DNA of 64,000 nt from Lama guanicoe (taxonomy: Eukaryota). The stretch's first letter is position 1; every line of letters begins with the position of its first letter. The stretch covers positions 3,555,058 to 3,619,057 of the forward strand of contig MU053487.1 of NCBI GenBank assembly GCA_013239625.1. Direction: 5' to 3'. A program made the position numbers and the translations under genes. Below the pieces are notes generated by a model. The model saw nothing but the letters and a program-made list of their open reading frames with translations. It made no database searches and was not told where the DNA came from. Shown here piece after piece: positions 1-13,391 of the stretch.

Positions 1-37
1 GGGTGGGCCATGATTTGGCCAGCTTGAAGACCCGAAG
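1..37 (-). CDS. SCN5A: SCN5A exon 16, 5' part (LRVFKLAKSWPT...), truncated by window edge
   Basis: Acceptor cttcttcctcccag|CTT; DII S4 continuation in frame with exon 15. Confidence 0.95.
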
Positions 38-439
38 CTGGGAGGAAGAAGTCCTTGTGAGGGGCTCTGGATCCCACTCCCCATGGACACCCTTATGCCC
101 CTAGTTCCTGCCTGAAAACCTAGGGAGCCCTTAGAGGTCACATACACCTGTTTCCCCCTTTTCTCTCCAGAGCTTCATAGGCTCTGCCCTAGGAGTCAGG
201 TCAAAAGCACCAGACTCTTCTCCGCAGTTCAGCCCTTCTCTTTCCCCCACATCAGCCTTCTACCCACCTTGATCTCACTTCCAGGAACCTCCCAGTAGAC
301 TCCCCCCGTCATAAAGTGTCCCTCTTCCAGGTCCTTCCTCGTCAAGTATCCTTCCAGGCCAGCTCTAAGCATCCCTGACATGCCCAGTTGCCTCCATCTT
401 TCTCTCCTCAGTCATCATCATGACAGAGAAAGGGAGCTG

Positions 440-620
440 GTGCTTAGCATTTATCAAACACCTATACTGTGCCAGGCCTGGAGCTTAGGATGAATCAATT
501 CATGGCACTATTATTACTTCATTTGGCAAATGAAGAAGCCAAGCCTTAAAGGTACAGTAACTTGTCTAAGTCCCTTGGCTCATGGCAGTGGAGTCGGAAT
601 TAGAACCCACAGCCTGGGCT
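440..620 (-). repeat. MIR SINE (representative; further MIRs at about 1920-2110, 8030-8170, 17130-17330, 19010-19250, 24300-24500, 24950-25180, 40880-41040, 44820-44980, 58080-58280, 58700-58870)
   Basis: MIR core motifs (catttta cagatgaggaaactgaggc / ctctgagcctcagtttcctcatctgtaaaatggg) recognisable by eye. Confidence 0.7.
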
Positions 621-938
621 CTCTCTTCTCCCCTACCATCCTGTCTTCCTAGCCTCAAGTGAAGCCACCTCCTCCAGGAAGCCCTCCCCGACCTGCCTCC
701 AGTCCCACATCTAGACCCCTCAGACATTTTGAACTCCAAGTGTGGTCCACAGACCCGTAGCTTTGACATCATCTGAGACCTGCTGAATTGGCATCTGCAG
801 TTTAACAAGATCCCCAGGCAATTTGTGTGTGGATTTAAGTTGCAAAAATGCAGATTCCAAAATCTGCAGGTAACGTTATAAAGGAGCTGTCGGCAGACTT
901 GGTTCCACCTGATACTTGCCATGTGGCTGTGGGGCTTA

Positions 939-1613
<675 letters not shown>

Positions 1614-2167
1614 TCAGCCAACTCCATTGTTCCCCAGGTGTGACCTGCCAGTCTGGGCCTCAAAAACGACTGGTGCCACTGGTGGCTCCACAGGGACTCA
1701 GCGCTGGGAGGCACCTGGGATCAGGGGAGGCTGAAGGCGGGCTGTGACCTGCCCCAGCTCCAAGTCCCTTAGAGTCTGCGTTACCCAAGGACGTTTCCCC
1801 TGCTCCACACACGCCAAATACCACACTCCCGCAAACATGCCTGCCTTCATGGTGCGGGGCCTTTTCCCGCGCTGTTCCCACTTCCTTCCTGGCCACCTGC
1901 TGACTCTTCTCACTGTGATAATAATCAGCCACTATCTCTGAGGGCTTGATTATATGTTAAGAGCAGGGCTAGAGTGCTTTGTGTATGTTGCTTCTTTTGG
2001 GCTGTCCCACAATCCGACAAGAAAGGCATCATTGACTCCACTTTACAGGTAGGAAAACTGAGGCACTGAGAGGTTAAATAACGCACCTAGGGTCAAGTAG
2101 CAAGTATGTAAATTTGTGAACCAGATGAACTCATCGCTATCCTTCAAGATTCAGAGCAATCACTCTC

Positions 2168-2561
2168 TGTTGGGACAACTGACGTCCTTCAAAGTCCAAA
2201 GACCCCCACTCCTGGGCTCTCAGATGTCTGACTTTCTTTACTGGGCATGTTTCCCCTAACAAACACCCCAGGTAATGCCCACCTTCTCAGAGTCATAAAC
2301 CCCACCGCCCTGCACAGACTCTCAACCTCTTATCTCACCTGCAACCAATCAGGCACCTTGTGACCCTCCCTTATAAGACACCCCCATAACTGGCCCTCGG
2401 GACTCACAGGCACCGCTTGTCTGTGTGGCCCCCTGTTGTCTATGACAGAAGACACTAAGATACTCCTTTCTAGTCCTACACTTTATCTCTGGTAAATTCT
2501 TTCACCAACCCAAGCACATCACCACGTCCCCATACGGGCCGCCTGGTTGTGTCCCACAACA
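2168..2561 (+). repeat. ERV 5' LTR
   Basis: Starts TGTTGGGACAACTGACGTCC, ends CCCACAACA; TATA-like TTATAAG at about 2371. Confidence 0.9.
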
Positions 2562-2563
2562 TT

Positions 2564-2581
2564 TGGTGGCCTGAACATGGC
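2564..2581 (+). other. Degenerate primer-binding site, closest to tRNA-Ile(AAU)
   Basis: TGGTGGCCTGAACATGGC, 2 nt after the LTR, versus TGGTGGCCCGTACGGGGA; two of the differences are CpG-decay type. Confidence 0.6.
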
Positions 2582-3199
2582 TAGGACGCCAGGGAGCCCT
2601 TTGGGCTTCTCTCTCTCCCCGTATGGGGGTCTCCCCCTGGCTGGATTGGACGCTCTGCTCTGGAGGCCAGAATCGTCAGGACAGGCTTCCCTCTCTCATA
2701 CTTTTCTGCTCTTCCCTAGCATTCAGACGTTCCCTGGAGTCTTGCTGAGGACTGAGGAACCCTGGCTGGGCTGCTGTCAGCGGGCTCTGCAACTCGGTCT
2801 GACAGATGGAAATGACTGGTAGCAGTGAATGAACGTGGGAAAGGTGTCTTGTCTTTTCTAAATACCCTTCTCTCCCCTCCCTCTTCCTCTGTCTTGCCCT
2901 TCCTCTGACCCTGGCCCTCGACACACTCACTGGGCCCAACCACGTGGTGCACCCCTGCGCCTTCTCTCTGCTTTTGGGATCAGGTCTCCACACTGGCCGT
3001 GCCCCCTGCCTTCCATCACCGCGCCGGTGGGTGAGCCCCCCCACTTCTTCTTTGCTTTTCAGCCCTCGAGCTGGTTTTGGCTCTTGCGCTGGTTGGCTTC
3101 TCTTTCTTGGCGGACACCCAAAGGAAGGGGAGCCAGAAGTTCAGCCTTTCTCTTTCTGGGGGACGCTCCAGAATCGAGTCTGCACTGGTTCCCTTCTCT

Positions 3200-3660
3200 T
3201 TGCTTCTCCTAGTCCCTGGAGCTCACCTTTGGGCTGCATTTTAAAACACTGGGATAAGTTCGAGCTTCCGGTCTTAAAGAGACAGTGCCTTGTTCTCTGC
3301 TGTAATACATCCTGACCATAACACCAACTTCCAGATCAAGAGGCTTGGCCCCTTAATGGAACCCTAAGCTCTAACATCATCTTTCAGCCTAATCTCTTGT
3401 CACAACTAGGGCAAATGGTACGAGGTCTCGTGTCCAAACCTTTATGGCTCGCTCTCAAAACTCAGATCTGGTTCTGTAAGGGACTGTCTGATTAGAACTT
3501 GTACTGGTCAGTCTGTGACAGCCATACATGTATGTGTTTTGTACCTTGTGCTCTGTCTTGTGAAATGGGAAATTCTGGTTCTGTTCCACCATGGAGCCGT
3601 CTTGGGCAAATTCTGTCTGACTGGGAAGATTTTAGTTGTGAGATAATACTGTGTGGCCAC
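3200..3660 (+). pseudogene. Decayed ERV gag matrix remnants (two copies)
   Basis: SPLGCILKHWDKF...AWPLNGTL...GKWYEV..QTF with stops and frameshifts; second copy MGNSGSVPPWSRLGQILSDWEDF from ATG 3565. Confidence 0.7.
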
Positions 3661-5634
3661 AATATTCTTTAGACTCCAGAAAAATTGGTTTAGGGAAGCT
3701 TTTTAAAAATTACAAAACTCGTTCTTTTTGAATTATCAGTTAGGAAAAAAAACTAGATACTTCTTCAAAATTCTAACCCTGAGAGAACAAAAAATATTCC
3801 TAGGAGAAAAGAGATAAGAAAAGAGACAAAAGGCAAGCCAGACAGACGGCGGCCACCGCCATTTGCCATCGCTCATTCTGTGCCAGGACCAGAGAGAGGT
3901 GTGGCTCCAGAAATAATCCAAAACCCACCAATCCTTTCACCACCCCCCAAACCTCCCTCACTTATTTTAAGAGACTAGGAAGTATTTTAAAAACCCCTTT
4001 TTGCTGGCTTTTAAGGGAACAAAGTCATTCTAGGAGGAACTTGCCTATGAGATGCAAAAATTCTACCCGGTCTTCTCCAGGAACCCTTATCTCACTATCC
4101 TTTTAAATTGCAAATTTTGGAAAGGGGGCAAGGCACAACCAATGAGAAGCTGTCCTGCCTCAGGGGATTGTTACAAAGTTTAGCTGAATTATTTTTAAAG
4201 CTCAGTAGTCTAAATATGTATGTCAGGATCTGATGCAGAGTTAAAGTTAATCCAATTGTTAGGTTTATGGTCAACTACCTATATCCAGTAAACCTCTGGG
4301 TTACCTTGGTGGATTTCTCCATTCTAAGGGTCTAACTGGTAGGCCCTTAGGAAATTTATTCTAGAAGAAAGAAATTATAGTTCTGTGCTGGCCCCTAGTA
4401 ATATTACTAGATGGGATTCTCTCACTTGGCAATTGATACCTGCTCCAACCCTGGCGATAGATAAGAAGCTTCTTCTAAACTTACTCAAGCTCAAGCAAAG
4501 CAACAAGTGGCAACTTGGAGCAGTTAACCAGATGTACAGTTCTATAGGAGATTTGTGATTATAATGGTGTAACTCAAGATACGGGAAGAAGCAACAAGAG
4601 GGAATGCTTTCCTGGACCGTAACAGACCAGTAAGACAGACGGTCCGGAGACTTTTTGCTCCTGTTAATAAGGCCTAGTCCTGCAACAGCACGTTGAGTGG
4701 CCCGGCAGTGAACTCCGCGCCTGACCTAGGGATGAGCACTCCAAGCACCGCGGGAGGAAAGGGTCATGAATTGCCTCCCAAGCCACAGTCAAGTTCATGA
4801 TCACGAGGGCACGTTCCATTCGCCTCGACAAGGATTAAGTCGCAAGCTACTGAAGTCGCTGACCTTCGGCGCGCTCTGAAAGGAGGTCAGGGCGGAGGTC
4901 GGGAATGAGGCGCACTCTGCTCTGGGAAAACTGGTGAGACAGGCCTTCAGATAGTTAGACGTTTTCAGATTTTATGAACCCAAATTGTTGCATCTCCTCG
5001 TATTTAGAAAAGCACTAAAATCATTAATAGTAACATCTACCTAGGCCACTAAGGAAAGCTGTCTTACAAAACCACATGGCTCTTAACGTCCCACCCAAGC
5101 GGGCCCGTTCGCAGGTATAGGTTCTGAGCGCTGGACTTACACGCCTGCTATGCTGGGTATGGCAGTGCTTACGGAAACCCAGTCACGAAACAGGTCTCTG
5201 GCTTGTTCTCCAATGCCTCCTCCTAGATCTCTGAAGGGAGAAGGTCTTTCTTTTCAGACATTCTCAAATTTCTTCTGTTTTTACTGGGTTTAGCTTTTTA
5301 TTTTGGTATCCGCCTATTTTTATGCTGTATTCCTCTCTCTTACAAAAATTATTGTCTCTGAGGTCCAAGAACTTAGGAACAAATATACCTTCCTAGCAAG
5401 ACTGTCACCATGAACCAAGCCAATATCCTGGTGACGCAGCCCTTGGATGACACTGGGGCCTCCTTTCACTCCCACCTTTAAGGCTGCCGGGGTGTCTGAG
5501 CCCCAAAACCCCAGACAGACTGGCACCATAGGCAGGGACAGTGCGACGCCCACAGTTCAGCAGGAAGTAAATACAGAAGAAGGGATTCTCACCCCTGTTC
5601 CAAAGATTTGTCACTGCCAATCTGTCGGGGGAAA

Positions 5635-6053
5635 TGTTGGGCCAACTGACGTCCTTCAAAGTCCAACACTGACCCCCATTCCTGGGCTCTCAACGGTCAG
5701 ACATTCTTTACTGGGTATGTTTCTCCTAACAAATTAATAACCCCAGGCAATGCCTACCTTATCAGAGTCATAAACCCCACTGTCCTTCGTGGACCCTAAA
5801 CCTCTCACCTCACCAGCAACCAGAGACTTGTACATAAGGCGATCAGGTACCTTGTGACCCGACCCTATAAAACACCCCAACAACCGGCCCTCAGGGCTCA
5901 CGCAGGCACCCCTCATCTGTGTGGCCCACTGTGGTCTACGACAGCACACCCTAATAAACTCCTTCTGACTCCCATGCTTCATCTCCGGTAAATTCTTTTA
6001 CCAACCCGCGTGTCAGCATGTCACCGCCCGGCCGTGCCACTGAGCCTACAACA
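5635..6053 (+). repeat. ERV 3' LTR
   Basis: Starts TGTTGGGCCAACTGACGTCC, ends CCTACAACA; TATAAAA at about 5866; AATAAA at 5953-5958. Confidence 0.9.
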
Positions 6054-6859
6054 CTCTTCTGGAAAGTTCCTGAGGTAGGCAGAGGCTGGACTTCACCTGC
6101 TTTGTTAACTCGAGTCCTGAGCAGCCCAGCTTCGGCCAGCAGAGAGCCACGGTCAAGGAGCCCATCATGTGGTGGCCCAGGCAGCCGAGACCATGGCTAA
6201 TGGCTCTGAGTTGTGCCAACTGCTATGGCGGGAACATGGTCTGGGAAGAGGGCCTATCCCAAGGGGGTGTGACTGGCGGGAAGTTGGGGTCTGAAGTCAT
6301 CTCGAGGGCACTGAGGAGGCTCTGAGGTCTTCTGCAGGGGGGGCCTGAGGTCAGAGGGCCAGGCTGCCTGGGGACAGTGCCGGGGCTGCGGCAGCTGTGG
6401 CGGTCAGAAGCAGAGGCATGGCTGAGGCACCTCTCTGGGGTCAGCACTCAGGAGTGGGGATTACCCCGTCCTGGGTACCTCCCCTGAGGGGACTCTGTGC
6501 GGAATGGAGAGGAGAGGCCCTAGTCCTTCCTCGTCTGCTCAGACAAGGCCCTGAGGTAGTGGGCTGGGGGGAGGGGACTTGACAGCAGGATGGCAGGTGG
6601 GCAGGCACCTCTGCACTGCCATACAGGGCACCACCAATCAGCCTAGCCCTCGTGACTTCAGTGGTCCCTTTAGTGCTTGTGCTCAAAGGGAACTCTTCTA
6701 CCAGCTGGGGTCTTAGGGAAGGAGGAGCCCCTGGAATCTTCCAGCCTCAGCTCAAATTCCTGGGCTGCCCGCACATGTGAAGGGGCATCCTTGGCTTCTG
6801 TCCATTTCCACAGCACCCATAACTTTTCCATCCCTCTGACCATATCTGCTGTTACTCTT

Positions 6860-7230
6860 CAAGCCATGCTCGCCTCCTCAGGGCCTTTGTACTTGCTGCT
6901 CCCTGTCCCTGAATCACTCCCTCCCCCATCCACAGGACTCATTACCTTCGAGTCTCCACTTAAAAGGCACCCAATCAACTCAAAAAGCTTCTTGATACTG
7001 AAAATCATGGCCCTGCCCGTCAAACTCCTTCTCCCTCTTCCTTACTTCATTTTTTGTTCCCTTGTATACCACCATCTGCCATACTATACACATAGCTCTG
7101 TGTGTGTCTGCCGAGTCTCCTCCAGCTAGACTTAGAAGTTCCACAACAGGTCAGACCTTTCCTGTCTTTCTGCACCTGGAACAGAATTCAGCCTCTAGGC
7201 GGTCCTCCAATATTGGTTAAATAAACATGC
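6860..7230 (+). repeat. LINE-2 3' fragment
   Basis: cctcagggcctttgtacttgctgctccc motif and 3'-end-like tattggttaaataaa. Confidence 0.6.
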
Positions 7231-7599
7231 AAGTGGTTGGGCCTTAGACCTCCTGCAGCGCCCAGCTCCACGCCCCTTCTTCCAGAAGCCCTTCCCGACT
7301 CAGCCAGAGTCCCTGCACAGGGCGTCCCTGGGTGCCCCTGAGGGCTAGATTCCCCCTCCCTTGCCCCCAGCCCTCTGGTCTCCCTGGCCCCCACCTCAGG
7401 ATGCCAGGGTGGGTGTGCTCTTAAGACCAACAAGTACTCATACTCATTTCTGGGGAAAGGAGCTCAGGAGAGATCCCCCACCTCACTTTGCCTAGATTTG
7501 CAGCTTTCTTGACAATAAAATAGTAGATGTTAGGTGGGGTTGGAAGTACGGAAAAAAAAAAAAGGCAGCCACTTTTGGGCACTGCGTTTGGGGAGCAAA

Positions 7600-7905
7600 A
7601 GATCCTGTCTACCTGGAAGCTCTTCGGAAATGCAGAATCTCAAAGACCCTAGACCTGCCGAATCAGACTGCATTTTTGACTAGATTCAAAGGTGATCTGT
7701 AGTTTGAGAAGTGTTATTTTTGAGTACTGGATTTAATTTAAACTTGGTATACTTTGGAACCCTCTACAGATCCTTAAAAATGCTGATGCCTGGGTCCCAC
7801 TCCTAGAGATTCGAGCTGAATTGGAGTAGAGTGCCCCAGTATGAAGTTTTTAAAATAAACTTCCCAGGTGATTCTAATATGTAGCTAAGCTTGAGAACCA
7901 CTGCT
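7600..7905. mobile_element. Two adjacent MER5-type hAT-Charlie MITE relics
   Basis: gaaatgcagaatctc...aatcagactgcatttt; tcccaggtgattctaat...ttgagaaccactg. Confidence 0.7.
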
Positions 7906-10335
7906 CTGAAAGTCCATCAATTTTGTTGTGACTCCTCCTTCCACAGGCTCACCACTGACTTTCTAAAGCCATGAGATCAGAGCTGGATGGTTTAAGATGT
8001 GCAAAGAAGGGCAGCCAGTCCCAAAGCAGGGTCTGCCGTAGTGTGATCTGGGGCCAGTTTCTCCATCTCTCTGAGCCTTGAGTGTCCTCATATGTAAAAT
8101 GGGGATGATAATAACTCCATAGGCAGTTTCTAAGAATTAAGAGCTAATGGATGTCAAGTGGATGCTGCCATTGGTCTCATTTATGATGGTTACTGAGAGT
8201 GGCTGAGAGCTCCAGGCCCAGGCAGGGGCTGCTTTCAGATGCAAACAGCTCTGCACACTTTAAGGTCTCCCTGGGACCTGGCAGACAGGCTGTGAGTGTG
8301 GGGACCTGCTTCCCCTGACTCCTGGAAGGTGGTCCACTGAGCCATCAGGGCTGCTCGTGGCTTCCCAGGAAGTAGGAGGGCGTTTGAGGAACCCAAACTC
8401 TCCTGATCTTGGCTTATATCTTTAACATGATCATCCTGTACAGACTGTAAACTTGCTCTTGAAACATAATCCCTTGTGAACATCCTCCCAGGCCAATTAA
8501 ACATGACCCACAGCAAGCATCATTTTCTTTTTCCTTTTTAGAGGGATAAAACAGTTGTGGGATATTCCATTGTACAGATGTGCCATACGTAGTTTTACCA
8601 CTGCCTTGTGATGGGCCTTCTTTTGTCCCTATTAAAGAAATTGCCCTAATAAATCCCTTCCACATACATATTTTAAAACAACCTGCTCAATTCTTTTCTA
8701 AAGATAAATTTCTGGAAATGGAATTGCATTGTCAACAAGTGTTTTTTGAGATTCTAACACATAACTGTCAAATGAGTGTCAGAGACAGGTTTCAACCAAT
8801 TCCATGAGCCACACGGGACAACTGTTTCCCTCTTGGAGATGCTAACCCTGGGGATTCCAGTCCCACTAACCTTTCCACTCTAACAGGACAAAGGCCATCT
8901 TTTATTGTTGTTTTGTTGGACACCTGTTTGATTTCTCTTATTTCCTTTGGTGAAACTGCCTATTCGTATCCTTTGCTTATTTTTTGATGAGGCTGTTTGC
9001 CCCTCTTTGGTGTTCATTAGAAATGTGATTTATCTGTTAAGGGTATTATCCTTTGTGTGTATTGCAATTATCTTGCTTTGTCATTGTATTTTTAAAAGAT
9101 TACAAAATATCCCACTTTAGAGTGAAGGACACACACAGACTGAAAGCGGGAGCACAGAAAAAGATACTTCATGCAAATGGAAATGACATGAAAGCAGGAG
9201 TAGCAATACTCCTATCAGACAAAACAGACTTTAAAGCAAAGACCATAAAGTAAGATAAAAAAGGACACTACATAATGATCAAAGAAGCAATACAAGATGA
9301 GGGCTTTACACTTGTTCACATATATGCACCCAATACAGGAGCACCTGAATACATAAAACAAATACTAAGAGACATAAAGGGAGAAACTGATGGGAATACA
9401 ATACTGGTAGGAGATTTTAACACCCCACTCACGTCATTAAACAGGTCTCCCAGAAAGACAATCAATAAGGCAACAGAGATACTAAATGACACAATAAAAC
9501 AATTAGACTTGGTTGATATTTTTAGGACATTACATCTCAAAAAAGCAGAATATGCATTCTTTTCAAACGTTCATGGAACATTCTCTAAAACAGATCACAT
9601 ACTTGGGCACAGAAGAAGCCCCAATAAATTAAAGAGTACAGAAATTATTCCAAACATCTTCTCTGACCACAATGGAATTAAACTATAAATCAACCATGGA
9701 AACACAAGCAAGAAAAACAACAGCATGGACTCTAAACAACATGCTACAAAAACACCAGTGGGTCAACAATGAAATCACAGAAGAAATTAAAAAACACTTC
9801 CACACAAATGACAATGGAAACACAACCACACAAACTCTAGGGGATGCAGAAAAAGCAGTACTAAGAGGGCAGTTCATAGCAATATAGACATTCCTCAAAG
9901 AAAACAAGGGCAATCTCAAATAAACCACCTAACTTACCACTGAAAAGAATTAGAAAAATATGAACAAGGAACAAGAAAAAAAATATTAAAGATCGGGGAG
10001 AAAATAAATAAAACAGATTTAAAAAAACAATAGAAAAAAATCAATCAAACCAAGAGCTGGCTTTCTGACAGAGTAATAAAACTGACAAACCTCTGGCAAG
10101 GTTCACCAAGAAAAGAGAGAGGACACAATTATATAAAATAAGAAATGAAAATGGAGAAATTATGACCAAATACAAATAATCACAAAGGGATACTAAAAAC
10201 AACTATATAACAATAAATTAGAGAACTTAGAATGAATGGACAAGTTTCTAGAAACACACACTTACCCAAAACTGAATCAGTAAGAAATAGATCATTTGAA
10301 CAGACTGATCAGTAAAGTGAAACAGAATCAGAAAT

Positions 10336-10610
10336 GAAACATCCAGTTACAAAGGAAAGAGGGTGAAAAAGGATAAATTTGGGACTTTGAGATTTGTAAA
10401 TGTTGGCCACTATATATGAAAATAGATTAAAAAACAAGTTTCTTCTGTATAGCACAGGGAACTATATTCAATATCTGTAGTAACCTTTAATGAGAAAGAA
10501 TATGAAAACGAATATATGTATATATATGCATGACAAACACATTGTGCTGTATAGCAGAAATTGACACATTGTAACTGACTGTACTTCAATTAAAAGAAAG
10601 GAAAAATAAA
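10336..10610 (+). mobile_element. Short L1 3'UTR plus A-tail nested inside ORF2 of the L1
   Basis: Homologous to the 3'UTR at about 13120-13391; ends TACTTCAATTAAAAGAAAGGAAAAATAAA. Confidence 0.9.
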
Positions 10611-11924
10611 AGAAGAAATAGATTGTTTCAACAGACCTATCACTAGCAGTGAAATAGAAACAGCAATCAAAAACCTCCCTGCAAACAAAAGTCCAGGACC
10701 AGATGGCTTCACAAGGGAGTTTCATCAAACATATGCAGAAGAGTTCATACCGATCCTTCTCAAACTCTTCCAAAAGACTGAACAGGAGGGAATACTCCCA
10801 AACTCATTCTATGAAGCTAACATCACTCTGATACCAAAGCCAGACAAAGATACCACCAAAAAAGAAAACTACTGGCCAATATCATTGATGAACATAGATG
10901 CAAAAATCCTCAACAAAAAAACTACCAGACAGAATCCAATCACACATGACAACGATTATACATTATGATCAAGTTGGGTTCAACCCAGGGACACAAACAT
11001 GGTTCAACATATGTAAATCAATGTGACACACCACATCAACAAGAGAAAGGACGAAAACCACATGATCATCTCAGTCGATGCGGAAAAAGCATTTGATAAA
11101 ATTCAACATTCATTTATGATAAAACCTATAAAGTGGGTATAGAGGGAACGTATCTCAAATAATAAAAGCTATTTATGACAAACCCACAGCCAGGATAATA
11201 CTCAACAGTGAAAAGGTGAAAGCCTTTCCACTAAAATCTGGAACAAGACAAGGATGCCCACACTCACCACTTCTATTCAGCCTAGTCTTGGAAGTCCTAC
11301 CACAGCAAGCAGACAAGAAAAAGAAACAAAAGGCATCCAAACTGGAAGAGAAGAGGCAAAACTGTCACTATATGCAGATGACATGATTCAATATATAGAA
11401 AACCCTAAAGGTCCACACACAAGCTACTAGAGCTGATGAAAGAATGAGACAAGATAGCAGGGTATAAGATGAACATATAGAAATCAGTTGCATTTCTTTA
11501 CACTAACAATGAAACAGCAGGAAAAGAAAGTAAACAATCCCTTTTAAAACTGCATCCAAAACAATACGCTACTTAGGAGTTAAACTGACCAAGGAGGTGA
11601 AAGACTTACACGGGAGAACTACAAAACACTGATTAACGAAATTGAAGAGGACTTAAAGAAATGGAAAGCTATCCCATGTTCTTGGATTGGAAGAATCGAT
11701 ATTCTTGAAATGGCTATACTGCCCAAGGCAATCTACAGATTCAACGTGATCCCTATCAAATTTCCCAGGACATTTTTCACAGAACTAGAACGAAGAATCG
11801 TAAAATTTACGTGGAATCACAAAAGACTCATAGTTGTCAAAGCAATGTAGAAGAAAACTTATGAAGCAGGAGGAATAATCATGCCAGACTTCGACAATAC
11901 TACACAGCTACAGTAAACAAAACA

Positions 11925-13391
11925 GCCTCGTATTGGCATAAAATCAGACGTACGGATCACTGGAACAGAACAGAGAGCCCAAAAAACCCCCATAAACCGA
12001 CGGGCAATTAATCTTTGACAAAAGAGGCAAGAACATACACTGGAAAAGACAGTCTCTTCAGCGACTGGTGTTGGGATAGCAGCGTCTAAGTAAATGGCAT
12101 TAGAACACTCCCTTACACCAAGAAAACCTCCTACAAGAAAACATAGGCAAAATATTCTCTGAAATAAATCTTAGCCATGTTCTCCTAGGGCAGTCTACCC
12201 AGGCAATAGAAATAAAAGCAAAAATGAACAAATGGGACCTAGTTAAACTTACAAGCTTTTGCTCAGCAATGCAAACCACAGGCAAAACAAAACAACAACC
12301 AACGAAATGGGAGAAAATATCTGCAAGTGATGTGACTAACAAAGGTTTAATTTCCACAATATACAAACAGCTCATATATCTTAACTGCAAAAAAAAGTAC
12401 AAATTAATTAAAAAACAAACAACCCCATCAAAAAACAGGCAGAACACCTCAGCAAGCAATTCTTCAATGAAGACATACAAATGGCCAATAGGCAGATGAA
12501 AAAAGCCTCAATATTGCTAATGATCAGAGCAATGCAAATCAAAACTACAATGCGGTATCACCTCACACCAGTCAGAATGGCCATCATTCAAAAGTCCACA
12601 AACGGTAAATGCTGGAGAGGGTGTGGAGGAAAGGGAACCCTCCTTCACTGCTGGTGGGAACGTAGTTCGGTGCTCTCGTTATGGAAAACAAGTCTGGAGA
12701 TTCCTCCAAAGACTAAAAACAGACTTACCATGTGGTCCAGCAACCTCACTCCTGGGCATGTATATATCCAGAGGGAACCTTAATTCAAAAACATACATGC
12801 ACCCCCAAAGTTCCAGCAGCACTATACGCAACAGCCAAGACATAGAAGCAACCTAAATGTCCATCTACAGATGACTGGATACAGAGGTTGTGGTTTATTT
12901 CTACAATGGAATAGTACTCAGCCATAAAAAACAATATAATAAAGCCGTTTGCAGCAACATGGATGGACCTGGAGATTGTCATTCTAAGTGAACTAAGCCA
13001 GAAAGAGAATGAAGAATACCACATGATATCACTCACATGTGGAATTTAAAAACAGAGAAAATAAACAGGACACTAGTAAACTCATCTACAAAGGAGAAAC
13101 AGACCCACAGACAAACTAAACAATCGTCTGGTTACAGGGGAAAGGGGGTAGGAAGGGATTACTTTTGGGATTTAAAGATTTGCAAATGCTAGCCACTATG
13201 TATAAAAATATCTTTAAAATAAACAAGTTTCTTCTGTATAGCACAGAAAACTATATTCAATATCTTGTAACAATGTTTAATGAAAAATATTATGAAAACG
13301 AATATATATATATGTATGTATGACTGGGACATTGTGCTGTACACCAGAAATTGACACATTTTAACTGACTGTATTTCAATAAAAAAAAAAA
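11925..13391 (+). mobile_element. Internal L1 3' end (ORF2 C-terminus, 3'UTR, poly-A), duplicating 13392-14857
   Basis: After the poly-A at 13381-13391 the sequence restarts at the ORF2 position equivalent to about 11925; the two 3'UTRs are of different types. Confidence 0.88.

Larger units (their letters stand above)
2168..6053 (+). mobile_element. Non-autonomous class I (gamma-like) ERV provirus, antisense in SCN5A intron 14
   Basis: Two homologous TG...CA LTRs, a PBS after the 5' LTR, decayed gag-MA remnants, short purine tract GGGGGAAA before the 3' LTR, flanks CTCTC/CTCTT as a probable 5-bp TSD; no pol seen. Confidence 0.9.

Noticed and set aside
2527..2581. tRNA gene
   Set aside because: Only about 18 nt of similarity; no cloverleaf or A/B boxes; interpreted as ERV PBS-related sequence
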